Assembly: GCA_021513715.1 (NCBI GenBank)
Contig: CP084167.1
Span: 1,536,001-1,600,000 of the forward strand
Source of the DNA: Candidatus Heimdallarchaeum endolithica
GTDB lineage: Archaea; Asgardarchaeota; Heimdallarchaeia; Heimdallarchaeales; Heimdallarchaeaceae
Direction: 5' to 3'
DNA length: 64,000 bases
Under the pieces are notes generated by a model. It searched no databases. It was not told the DNA's origin and worked only from the letters and a program-made list of their open reading frames with translations. Position numbers and translations under genes: made by a program. Positions 38,611-48,036 of the stretch are shown here, in pieces; positions within the stretch are counted from its first letter, which is position 1, and each line of letters starts with the position of its first letter.

Positions 38611-40890
38611 TTGAATAGTATGGTAATACAAGAAGAAAGTAAAGACATTATAGAAGACTCACCTTTTAATCGCCTTGTTCTTGCAGAAATGGAGAGAGAA
38701 CGGCTATATTCTACATTTGCTTTAGTTGATGAATTTAATGAAATTGCATCTTCATGGTTAGAATTTTCAGATTTTTGTGCAAAATCATTATTTAATTTAG
38801 CTAATTTATCATTTCTTCTCTATGAAAGGTATCTTGATGAATTTAATAGGGATAAACAACAAATAGAAATAAATTTTGAACGTAAGAACTTTATTATTAA
38901 AAGAATAGAGAATCTACAACAATTTCAAATGGAAGCAGCTATTTTAATGATTCTTTATGCAGATATTGTTAACACAGGTATTTTTGCGTCTAATCCAGCA
39001 AAAAATTTTTGTTATCTAAATATTGAAGGATATAAGGTTCTTGAGAAAATCTCTTCTACTTATTTTGATACTACTCATCCTAGGGCTTCGTCGATTGAAG
39101 ATATAATGGTAAAGCTATTTACAATAAGTCAAAAAGTTCAAATTGTAAAAATACTGAATGATTCACCAATTAAAAAGGCAAAAGAAACATCTTTTATTCA
39201 GGAACAACTAGAATTGGAGAGGTTGTTAGCTGATTTCGAATTTAATTTTATTTCAAAATTAATTGAAGAACTTGGAAAAAGATGGTGGTGGTATGATCCC
39301 ATTGCTGTACATTTTAGCTATGAAAGAGCGATGAAACATTTAGAAAAAACATTAACTCTTTTAGAATATAGTGAGGAAAATGTTCTTCAAATTAAAGAAG
39401 AAATTAATATCAAACTTTCAACAATTGATAAGATTTGGAGAAATAAAACATTAATTGATCATTTTTATAGAATTACATTAGAAGCAGCCAAAAAAGACAA
39501 CTTTATTGCAAGTATCGAATATCTTAACTTAATATTAGGATTAATTGATGAAATTGTTGAATATTTACAAGATAATATTCATTCAGAAAATGAAGAACAG
39601 TTAAATGAAGAAATACAAGAGAGAAAAACTGATCTAAAGATTTTCCACATTGTCGCTAAACTTGCTTTTTCTGTAGCAGAGATAATAAATAGACAAACTT
39701 CAATAGATGATAAGTGGTTAAAGGAAAAACTTACAGAAATAGAAAATATATGTAAAGATTCCTCTTTATTTTCTAGCTTAAGTTATCTTTCAGAAATTGT
39801 TTACATCTATCAAAGCTTTGTTCAAACAGCAAAAATTGGCATATTAAAAAAGCAAAAAATTGATAAAATTTTGAACAATGCCATTGCACAATTCGAATAC
39901 TATATAGTCAAACTTGAGAATGGTTTAAAAAAGATAGCTAATGATTTTTATAAGAAAGTACATAAAGGAACAATAAAAAGTACAGATTTTAAAAATTACT
40001 TAAAGAGCATTGAAGAGTTAAAGTACATTAGTTTCTTTTTACCTAACTTAGAACAAAAGCTCAATCTCACAAGAGAGATTGAATCAATGGAATGTTATAT
40101 TAAATCAATTGCAGTATTAGAACAATCACAATCTCTAGAATTGTCAGAAATTGAAAAGCTTATTTACTATTCAAAAGCTCATTATTTTTCCAATAAAGCG
40201 TTGGACTTATCTCAAAGCAAAGAAAAAGCTATAATTCCAGACATTTGGCTTGAAGAACAATTCCTTAAAACCTTTACTGAAGGAAGAGAAGTGGAGTTAA
40301 AACTCTTTGAATTGTCTCGCCAATTTCTCTTTTTAAATAAGGTAATAGACGAAATTGCTTATTGTTTTGACATTTCAGAAAAGAGACAAGAAAAAATTGA
40401 AAATTACGGAACAATTATTCAATTTCACTTCAGAAAATTTGAACTCTTTGAAATCATTAACAAACAAATCGAAGAAAATTGTTTAGAGACTTTAAAATAC
40501 AAGGAAATGGCTGATGAAACTGTATCGATTCGAGATAAAAATATTAATTGGCAAATAATAGAAGCTAAAAAGATATTGGCGTCTTCTGCTGATAAATTGA
40601 CTAAAGCACTGAAAAAATGTGCTCTTGGTTATGCTGCAGATAGAGTTAAAGACAACTATAAAGCTGCTGTCTTATTCAACGAAAGCTACAAATTAGTTCA
40701 GGAAGCCTGTAATATTTTAGACCCACTAACTGCATATGATGAGCAATTCGCTGATTTAGCAAAAACAACCTACGAGTTTAATCTTTTTCTAAAAGAACTT
40801 GAACGTTTAGAACTTGAAAAGAAAAAAATAAATGAATTTCCTTTAGAAAAAGTATTGTCTCTTATTAAGAAAATAATTTTCTTTTCGTAA
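38611..40890 (+). CDS. Large all-alpha-helical hypothetical protein
   Basis: 759 aa, E/K/L/I-rich amphipathic helices, no catalytic motif recognised. Confidence 0.65.
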   Translation: MNSMVIQEESKDIIEDSPFNRLVLAEMERERLYSTFALVDEFNEIASSWLEFSDFCAKSLFNLANLSFLLYERYLDEFNRDKQQIEINFERKNFIIKRIENLQQFQMEAAILMILYADIVNTGIFASNPAKNFCYLNIEGYKVLEKISSTYFDTTHPRASSIEDIMVKLFTISQKVQIVKILNDSPIKKAKETSFIQEQLELERLLADFEFNFISKLIEELGKRWWWYDPIAVHFSYERAMKHLEKTLTLLEYSEENVLQIKEEINIKLSTIDKIWRNKTLIDHFYRITLEAAKKDNFIASIEYLNLILGLIDEIVEYLQDNIHSENEEQLNEEIQERKTDLKIFHIVAKLAFSVAEIINRQTSIDDKWLKEKLTEIENICKDSSLFSSLSYLSEIVYIYQSFVQTAKIGILKKQKIDKILNNAIAQFEYYIVKLENGLKKIANDFYKKVHKGTIKSTDFKNYLKSIEELKYISFFLPNLEQKLNLTREIESMECYIKSIAVLEQSQSLELSEIEKLIYYSKAHYFSNKALDLSQSKEKAIIPDIWLEEQFLKTFTEGREVELKLFELSRQFLFLNKVIDEIAYCFDISEKRQEKIENYGTIIQFHFRKFELFEIINKQIEENCLETLKYKEMADETVSIRDKNINWQIIEAKKILASSADKLTKALKKCALGYAADRVKDNYKAAVLFNESYKLVQEACNILDPLTAYDEQFADLAKTTYEFNLFLKELERLELEKKKINEFPLEKVLSLIKKIIFFS

Positions 40891-40933
40891 TACCTTACAT
40901 AATCTTTAAAATTTTATCAAAAAATTAACACAC

Positions 40934-41782
40934 ATGAATAGTTTTCAGCTAAACGATGAAGAAAAAAAACAAATACTATCCAAATACGCAGAATTCTCAT
41001 CTTTACGAGGTGAACCTAATCAAGAATTAGACCAGTATTTTGTCACACAAGATACGAGTTTAAAGCGAGCCTTACTATTTCAACCAGAGGAATACGAAAA
41101 TAAGTGGATTATTTTTCTTGGTGACATGGACTTAGTAGGTTTTCATTTAGGATTATTAGCAAAACCTAAAGATTTAGCAGTACTTGACATTGATAAGAGA
41201 ATGCCAGAAATAGTTTTTTCAATGAAATTTAACTATAAAATCCGTTCAGCTCGCTATATTAACCATGATTTAAGAATAAGAATGTTAGCTGTACTAAAAA
41301 ACCAATATGATTTTATTTTTACTGAATCACCTATGACAATTGAAGGTAACGAAGTTTTTCTTTCTCGAGCTGTACAATGTGCAAAAAAAGATGGTGACAG
41401 TAGAATAATATTGTCAACAGATATTAAAGAAGAAAAAAAAGATGAGTTATACTCACTTTTCGATCAAATGAATCTTGAAGTTGAACAACATATTAAAGAT
41501 TTTAACAAATACTCTTTCAAAACAGTTTTAGGTAAAACTAATTCAGACTTGTTTATTCTTCGTGTTCTAGAAAATTCAAAAGAAAACATAGTTAATCATT
41601 ATTTAGGTCCGATGTTTTTTAGAGAAATAGAACAAAAAACAAAGCCCTATAGGTGCAAATGTGGAAATATTATAGAAATAGGAAAAGAAATGTCTTCAGT
41701 TGATGAACTATACGAAAAAGGTTGCCCTAAATGTGGTCATAAAGAAGTATTTGTGTATAACTCTTCAATAAAATTAGAGTAA
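40934..41782 (+). CDS. Branched-chain polyamine synthase BpsA (DUF43)-like protein with C-terminal Zn ribbon
   Basis: LDQYFVT..T..KRA, FLGDMDLVG, LDIDKR, HDLR, FLSRA; CKCG...GCPKCG. Confidence 0.7.
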   Translation: MNSFQLNDEEKKQILSKYAEFSSLRGEPNQELDQYFVTQDTSLKRALLFQPEEYENKWIIFLGDMDLVGFHLGLLAKPKDLAVLDIDKRMPEIVFSMKFNYKIRSARYINHDLRIRMLAVLKNQYDFIFTESPMTIEGNEVFLSRAVQCAKKDGDSRIILSTDIKEEKKDELYSLFDQMNLEVEQHIKDFNKYSFKTVLGKTNSDLFILRVLENSKENIVNHYLGPMFFREIEQKTKPYRCKCGNIIEIGKEMSSVDELYEKGCPKCGHKEVFVYNSSIKLE

Positions 41783-41786
41783 ATTA

Positions 41787-42140
41787 GTGAGAAATATGAC
41801 GCAATTTCAAACTGAAACAAGGTGTGCAAACTGTGATAGACCAATAAAACTAACACCAGAAATTTTAGAGTCTGGTTGTCCAGATTGTGGTTCATTCAAA
41901 TTTATTACCAAAAGGATTTTAACAGATTTAGAGAAACAACAAAAAGAAGTAAAGGTCTTGATAGATAAAGAAATGAAAGAGGAAGATATTACAAAAGATA
42001 TATCCTCTATAAGATTAAGCACTGATGGGACATTTGAAATTGATTTAGAGAAACTGTTAGAAGAAGTAACAGAAGACAAACCAATAATAACAAGGAATAA
42101 AGACGGAACTTATCATGTCAAGTTCCCTGAAAAAAAATAA
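41787..42140 (+). CDS. OapC/ArvC-like (DUF2072) Zn-ribbon protein
   Basis: RCANC...ILESGCPDCGSFKF...SIRL..DGTFEIDLEKL...DGTYHV. Confidence 0.8.
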   Translation: MRNMTQFQTETRCANCDRPIKLTPEILESGCPDCGSFKFITKRILTDLEKQQKEVKVLIDKEMKEEDITKDISSIRLSTDGTFEIDLEKLLEEVTEDKPIITRNKDGTYHVKFPEKK

Positions 42141-42224
42141 TTTGAATAAGCAAAATTTACTTTTAAATCACAACTTTTAAATCAAGACTAGAAGAACTAG
42201 AAATGAAATAGGAGTACAAAAAAA

Positions 42225-42890
42225 ATGGTCGCTAAAGATCAACTTGATAAGGAAGATAGAATAAAAAAGGGAGTAGAAGAGATTCTAAGTTTCAGAGGAT
42301 ACGAAATTAAAAAAGTTAACACAGATGATGATTATATTGATTTTTATGCTGAAAAAACTGATGAAGACGGAGAAGAAACGAATTTAATTGTCAGATTTCC
42401 TAGAAAAGCGAGCATAGGAGTAAAAACAATAAGAGAACTTGATCAATATAGAAAAGATGAAGACATTCAAGATGCAATAATTATAGCAGAAGGAGCTTTA
42501 ACTCATTATGCTAAAAGAGAATGTCTGGAACGAGGAGTTGAAATAATAAGCGGAACAAATCCCCTTTTCAACATCTTTGATCATATGATGGTTCCACTTC
42601 ATATAAAACTTGAAGACGATGAAGTAGAAGAAGTTTTGGAAAAGTATCAAATAAAGAAGCATCAACTACCAAAGATTCTAGATTCAGATCCTGCAATTAA
42701 GGCAATTCAAGCACAGCCAGGAGATATAATAAAGATAATAAGAAATCCAAATATGGGAGAATCAGGAGCCTATTATCGGTATGTTATCAGATCTACATCT
42801 AGATTAAGATTGGCAACAAAAACTCGACATCCATCTTTAGAAGAAGTTGTTGAAGATATTGATGAAGAAGAAACAGAAGAAGAACTTTAA
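42225..42890 (+). CDS. rpo5: RNA polymerase subunit Rpo5/RPB5 with eukaryote-like N-terminal domain
   Basis: C-terminal NIFDHMMVPLH...QLPKI...DPA...GDIIKIIR...YYRYV; ~115-aa N-terminal RGY...IGVKTIR domain. Confidence 0.9.
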   Translation: MVAKDQLDKEDRIKKGVEEILSFRGYEIKKVNTDDDYIDFYAEKTDEDGEETNLIVRFPRKASIGVKTIRELDQYRKDEDIQDAIIIAEGALTHYAKRECLERGVEIISGTNPLFNIFDHMMVPLHIKLEDDEVEEVLEKYQIKKHQLPKILDSDPAIKAIQAQPGDIIKIIRNPNMGESGAYYRYVIRSTSRLRLATKTRHPSLEEVVEDIDEEETEEEL

Positions 42891-42919
42891 AAATTTCTTT
42901 CCTAAAATAAAAAAAAGTT

Positions 42920-43912
42920 ATGAGTAGTTTTTCTGAAAGATTTATTACATCCTTCTTTTCTTTTCATTTAATGAAAAAAAAAGGTAAAATTATTTTTTTA
43001 GGTGGAGGTACAGGAACACCTAAGCTTATACAAGGGTTTAGGAGAATTATTAATGAAGAGGACATCACTGTAATTGCAAATACAGCAGATGATATAACCC
43101 TTTATGGCTTATATATATCTCCAGATGTAGACACATATCTTTACCTTTTTTCAAATTTACTTGACATCAAAAAATTCTGGGGAATAGATAGAGATTCTTT
43201 CTATACTCATTCGTTTCTCAAGAAATTTGATAAAAATGCTTGGTTCACTTTAGGAGATAAAGATTTAGCTATTCATCTTTTTAGATCACAAAAATTGCAA
43301 GAGGGAAAGAACCTCTCAGAAATAACAACTATCTTAGCCAACCGTTTGAGCATAAAAGCTAAAATTTTACCATGTACAGATAACCATATAGAAACAAGAA
43401 TCATTACAGAAGATGGAAATGACATTCATTTTCAAGAGTTTTGGGTACGCGAAAAAGCAAACCTATCTATTAAAGAAATATACGTTAAGGGAATAAAAAA
43501 TGCGATTATTCCTGATGATATTTTTAGAGAAATTGAAGAAGCTGAGAAAATTATTTTAGGTCCTAGTAATCCAATAACTAGTATTGGTCCTATCATTTCA
43601 ATAAAAAAAATAAGGCAGTTATTAAGGAAAAATAAAGAAAAATGCATAGCTATTAGTCCTATTGTCGGAGATAGAGCAATAAGTGGACCTACATGTCAAT
43701 TTCTCGCAACTAAAAACAAAAATTGCTCAATAGAAGATATAATTTCTCTTTATGAAGACTTTATTACATGCTTTGTTATTGATGAGTCAGACAAGAATAT
43801 AGAAGAACAAATTAAAAAAATCTATCCAAATTTAGATATTCAAAATGAAAATATAGTAATGAAAAACATTAATATCTCACAGAATTTAGCAAAAGCATTA
43901 CTAAAGGTGTAA
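42920..43912 (+). CDS. cofD: 2-phospho-L-lactate transferase (F420 biosynthesis)
   Basis: GGGTGTPKL, NTADD, SPDVDT, LGDKDLA, HFQEFWV, GPSNPITSIGPI. Confidence 0.93.
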   Translation: MSSFSERFITSFFSFHLMKKKGKIIFLGGGTGTPKLIQGFRRIINEEDITVIANTADDITLYGLYISPDVDTYLYLFSNLLDIKKFWGIDRDSFYTHSFLKKFDKNAWFTLGDKDLAIHLFRSQKLQEGKNLSEITTILANRLSIKAKILPCTDNHIETRIITEDGNDIHFQEFWVREKANLSIKEIYVKGIKNAIIPDDIFREIEEAEKIILGPSNPITSIGPIISIKKIRQLLRKNKEKCIAISPIVGDRAISGPTCQFLATKNKNCSIEDIISLYEDFITCFVIDESDKNIEEQIKKIYPNLDIQNENIVMKNINISQNLAKALLKV

Positions 43913-43914
43913 AA

Positions 43915-44703
43915 ATGGAAATTTCTCCGCCTATTATTCAATCTGCATTAGCAGGATATACAACACCATCATTCATTCAATCAATATTAGATAATGGTGC
44001 AGGTATAGCTACATTTGGAGGTTATTCCTTAGATAAATTAACAAATGAGGGAACAATTGAAATAATTAAGAGAAATAGAAAAGAGATTTTACTTCCACTA
44101 GATGAAACTGAATTTCAAAAGTGGTGTCATCTAAATTTAAATGTAAAAAAAAGTTCAGATAAACAACAAATAGCAATTAATTTAAGAATATCTAAAATAG
44201 ACCAAGAAGCATTAAGAAAAATAAATTTTTTGTCAAAGTTTATTGATATTATAGAATTAAATGCTCATTGTAGACAGAAAGAAATAGTAGAAAGGAGAGG
44301 AGGAGAGTATTTACTCAAAGATATTAATCGTTTGGACTATATATTGAAAAAAATCAGAAAAGCTTCACTGAAAGAAAAGAAGATTGGGATAAAAATCAGA
44401 GGTTATATTGTAAAAGACAAACATAAACTAGTGAATGTTCTTGAGTCAAGATCTGTTGACTATTTACATGTTGACTGTATGGAACCAGGAAAACCTTATG
44501 CAAACTTAAAAATACTAACATCTTTTTCTGAATTAACAGATATTACACTGATAGGAAATAACTCTGTTAGAAATGTAAAAGATGTTCAACAAATGATTGA
44601 TGCTGGAGCTTCTGCTGTTTCAATCGCAAGACCTTTAATTGCTAACCCTAGTTCAATCAAAAGGTTAATATCAGAATGCAAAACTAAAGGAATTCTAAAA
44701 TGA
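43915..44703 (+). CDS. MJ0144-like TIM-barrel (Dus/DHOD-like flavoprotein)
   Basis: SALAG, GGYSLD, ELNAHCRQ.E, GGE.LL, HVD, IGNNSV, GASAVSIAR. Confidence 0.8.
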   Translation: MEISPPIIQSALAGYTTPSFIQSILDNGAGIATFGGYSLDKLTNEGTIEIIKRNRKEILLPLDETEFQKWCHLNLNVKKSSDKQQIAINLRISKIDQEALRKINFLSKFIDIIELNAHCRQKEIVERRGGEYLLKDINRLDYILKKIRKASLKEKKIGIKIRGYIVKDKHKLVNVLESRSVDYLHVDCMEPGKPYANLKILTSFSELTDITLIGNNSVRNVKDVQQMIDAGASAVSIARPLIANPSSIKRLISECKTKGILK

Positions 44704-45305
44704 CCAAGACAGCCTTTCTCATTCCATATAAAGGAACAAATAAAGCAAAAACCAGATTAAGAAGAAAGCTTAATGGAGAAGTCGTAGATAAACTCCTTTT
44801 TCGTCTCTTCGGAGCAGTAATTCAGGAATTATCAGAAATAAAAATAGAAAAGTCTATTTACATCTTAACAAAAAACTCTAATCTTCGCCTTAATGACAAT
44901 TGTATAAAGATAATCGATAAAAAAGATAACTTTAATGAAGCCATTGTTGAAGCTGTTAAAGATCTAAGTGAAGAAAATATCATAATTATTATGGCTGATC
45001 TATACAAAATTAGGAAAAGAGAGATTAGACGAATTATTAAGTTAAGGAAAAAGTATTCTGTAGTTATTGCGCCCTCAGAAAATGATGGAACTAGTATTTT
45101 TGCATTTTCTAAAAAATTACTTTCTGAAATAGAATTCTGCTTTGGAAATAATTCTTCATTAATATTTGAAAAACAATTTAAGCAAAAAGGAATAAATTAT
45201 TTTAAATTACGTTATAAGAATGTTTTTAAGGATATAGATAACCTTGAAGATATTCTTAGTATAAAAAATTTAGCAAAAGAATTAAATTTATTCAATAAAA
45301 ATTAG
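44700..45305 (+). CDS. cofC: 2-phospho-L-lactate/PEP guanylyltransferase
   Basis: IPYK...AKTRL, IMADL, IAPS..DGT, FG..S, DID..EDI; clustered with cofD. Confidence 0.8.
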   Translation: MTKTAFLIPYKGTNKAKTRLRRKLNGEVVDKLLFRLFGAVIQELSEIKIEKSIYILTKNSNLRLNDNCIKIIDKKDNFNEAIVEAVKDLSEENIIIIMADLYKIRKREIRRIIKLRKKYSVVIAPSENDGTSIFAFSKKLLSEIEFCFGNNSSLIFEKQFKQKGINYFKLRYKNVFKDIDNLEDILSIKNLAKELNLFNKN

Positions 45306-45314
45306 GGATAAAAG

Positions 45315-46460
45315 ATGAAAGAAAAAATAGAAAGAGTACAACAAGTTCTAAAAGAACATAAAATAAATAGTTGGATTGTATTTTGCCATCATAGTTACGA
45401 TATCCACAGTAAGTATTTATTGGAAAAAAACATTACATCAGCCACTTTTATTATGATTAAGCAAGAAAATAAACCCATTGTAATCACCTCTCGAATGGAA
45501 TCTATGATGATTGATAATGATGTATATGATGTTATAGCCTATAAAACACGTAGTGAATTAATAGAATTATTAAAAAATTCCTTATCTGGTCTTGAAAATG
45601 GGAAAAAGATAGCTATAAATTATGTGCCAAAGGATAATTTATTTGATAATTTTTCTATGGATATTCTTCCTGCAGGAACATTTGAATTCCTAACTTCACT
45701 GAATAATAATATAAATTGGGTTTCAGCAAAAGATATCATTAGAGATGTCCGCAGTGTCAAAACAAAAAAAGAAATTGAAAATCATAGAATTGCTGCTAAA
45801 CTAGCTGAAGAGTTAATGGAAAAAGTTGTGGAACAGAAAATTAAACCTGGAATGACTGAAAAAGAAATTAAAGCGCTTATTGAATACGAATGCAATAAGC
45901 GAGGAGGAATAGCCTTTGAAGCAATTGTAGCTTCTGGTGAAAATTCTGCTATCCCTCACCATCATGCCTCTAAAACTAAAATTAAAGAGAACCAAGTTTT
46001 ATTAATAGACTATGGGGTTTCTTATAATTGGTCAAACAGCGACATAACAAGAACTTATTGGATAGGAAAAAATCCTCCAGAAGAAGTCTTAAGAGTGTAT
46101 GAAGCAGTAGATGCAGCAAAAGAAGCTGCCTACAAACATATTAAGGCAGGAGTTTTCGCTTCAGAAGTTGAAAACGCTGTAAGAGAAACAATGAAAGAAT
46201 TTGGTTATGATCCTGAAAAGTATTTTATTCACTCTACAGGCCATCCTTTAGGTATAGAAACACATGATGTAGGAGTTGGGATATACAAAGCTTCAGAAAC
46301 AGTAGCTGATAAGCGCTTAATAGAAAATTCTGTTGTAACTGTCGAACCTGGTTTGTATTTTGAAGGAAAATTTGGTGTCAGACTAGAAGACGATTGTGTT
46401 GTCACAAAAGATGGTAGCATAAGATTATCAAATACTCCAAAAAAGATTATTACCATCTAA
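45315..46460 (+). CDS. M24 Xaa-Pro peptidase
   Basis: SAIPHH, IDYG, SDITRT, HSTGHPLG..THD, TVEPG, GVRLED. Confidence 0.92.
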   Translation: MKEKIERVQQVLKEHKINSWIVFCHHSYDIHSKYLLEKNITSATFIMIKQENKPIVITSRMESMMIDNDVYDVIAYKTRSELIELLKNSLSGLENGKKIAINYVPKDNLFDNFSMDILPAGTFEFLTSLNNNINWVSAKDIIRDVRSVKTKKEIENHRIAAKLAEELMEKVVEQKIKPGMTEKEIKALIEYECNKRGGIAFEAIVASGENSAIPHHHASKTKIKENQVLLIDYGVSYNWSNSDITRTYWIGKNPPEEVLRVYEAVDAAKEAAYKHIKAGVFASEVENAVRETMKEFGYDPEKYFIHSTGHPLGIETHDVGVGIYKASETVADKRLIENSVVTVEPGLYFEGKFGVRLEDDCVVTKDGSIRLSNTPKKIITI

Positions 46461-46562
46461 CATCTTTTTTTTATTTTTTAATAATGTAATACCCGCGTGT
46501 TTTTAGGATATTATTTTCTTTTAAGGTTCAATTTACAGTTTCTTATTTTAAGGTGAAACAGT

Positions 46563-47177
46563 TTGTCTTGGAAAACTTGGTTAAAAAGTAAACCCAAACA
46601 TGTTAGACTTGGATTTTATGGGGAAGTAAATGCTGGAAAGACAACGTTGGCAAATGTTATGGGGATAGATTGGGCAGGACAAGAAGTGGGAAAAGTTTCT
46701 GAAATCCCTCACGAAACTAGAGAAATTGCAAAGCTAGAAAAAGTGAATTTTAATGTAGATGGAACAAATATAGATTTAACTTTGATAGATATGCCTGGTA
46801 TAGCTACAACAGTTGACCCAAAATCATTTGTTAATTATGGACTAAGCGCTGGAGAAGCTATGCAAAGAGCTAAAGAAGCAACAAGAGGAATAGTAGAAGC
46901 TATCAAGTATTTAGAGCAAGTAGATGTTGCACTTGTAGTTTTAGATTCTACAAAAACACCATTTGATCAAGTTAATTTTACTATTCTTGGAAACTTAGAG
47001 CATCAAAAGAAGCCATTTATTATTGTTCCAAACAAAATAGATTGCCCTGAATCAGATGTAAAAACAGTACAAGAAGCCTTTGGTGATTATGAAGTTGTAC
47101 CTATCTCTGCCTTGAAAAAGGAAGGTATTGACAAACTCTATGATAGCATTGCAAAGTTAGCTAAAAAGGTGAAATAA
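46563..47177 (+). CDS. Era-like GTPase OapA/ArvA
   Basis: GEVNAGKT, VSEIPHETR, DMPG, RAKEATRG, NKID, ISA. Confidence 0.85.
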   Translation: MSWKTWLKSKPKHVRLGFYGEVNAGKTTLANVMGIDWAGQEVGKVSEIPHETREIAKLEKVNFNVDGTNIDLTLIDMPGIATTVDPKSFVNYGLSAGEAMQRAKEATRGIVEAIKYLEQVDVALVVLDSTKTPFDQVNFTILGNLEHQKKPFIIVPNKIDCPESDVKTVQEAFGDYEVVPISALKKEGIDKLYDSIAKLAKKVK

Positions 47178-47178
47178 A

Positions 47179-47532
47179 ATGTCTTACAGTGTAGATTTTA
47201 TTCCAGAGTATGAAACAGGTAAGTTTTCATTAGTTGAAAAAACTAGATATATTCTCTCTCAAGTCATGCGAAATAAAATTCTTATTTTAGAAAATGCACT
47301 AAGTCCTGAAGAAGAATTGTACTTAATCGAGAAAACTATGAATAAGATAGACTATAGAAACTTCGTTGGAATCAAACTTTTTTCATTTGATTCAGGAGAA
47401 GACAACAGATTTTCAAAAATATTCGGTAAGTCATCTAAAAAACGTTCTACTTACACTATTGTGGCTCCAAATGATGCAGTCTCTGTAGTAAAAGATGAAA
47501 GAGGGATACTATCAATTAGAATCAATGTTTAG
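47179..47532 (+). CDS. OapB/ArvB-like (DUF2073) protein
   Basis: EK.RYIL..V...ILILE..LSPEEE..LIE.TM..ID...F.GI; coupled to oapA. Confidence 0.8.
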   Translation: MSYSVDFIPEYETGKFSLVEKTRYILSQVMRNKILILENALSPEEELYLIEKTMNKIDYRNFVGIKLFSFDSGEDNRFSKIFGKSSKKRSTYTIVAPNDAVSVVKDERGILSIRINV

Positions 47533-48027
47533 TAACGATTCTATTTTTTCTTTCATTTTTTTATAGGATTCTTCAATATCCCCATCGGTATTAATTACAG
47601 TTACTTTTTCTGGAGAGTATAAATCTAACATATCAGTTAAAACTACTTCCATAATTTCTGCTTCTACGTTTTCATCTATTTTTCTTTGTTTATAGTCCCT
47701 TTCTTTTAAGCGTAAAATTAGATTTTTAATTGAACACCGTAAAACAAAACAATGAAAAAGAAAATCTTTTGGTATTTCGACCAAATGACTGTCTAACACT
47801 AATGGAAATTTATTTTTATTAGCTTCTATTAGCTTTATGAGTTCTTTTTCCAATTTCTCTTCATCAACAATTAAAGTATCTAGTTTTTTGTCATAAGTTT
47901 CGTACAATTCTTTTTCGCGAACTAGATTTGTAATATTAACAACAAGATAACCATCACCTTCTAGTTTTTTTGCTAGAGTTGTTTTTCCTGTCCCAGGAGT
48001 ACCAGTGATAATTATTGCTTTTTTCAA
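47512..48027 (-). CDS. AK6/Fap7-type adenylate kinase
   Basis: ITGTPGTGKTT, LDSH, RL..RDY...KI.ENVEAEI. Confidence 0.88.
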   Translation of the reverse strand: MKKAIIITGTPGTGKTTLAKKLEGDGYLVVNITNLVREKELYETYDKKLDTLIVDEEKLEKELIKLIEANKNKFPLVLDSHLVEIPKDFLFHCFVLRCSIKNLILRLKERDYKQRKIDENVEAEIMEVVLTDMLDLYSPEKVTVINTDGDIEESYKKMKEKIESLLNIDSN

Positions 48028-48036
48028 TTTTCTCGC

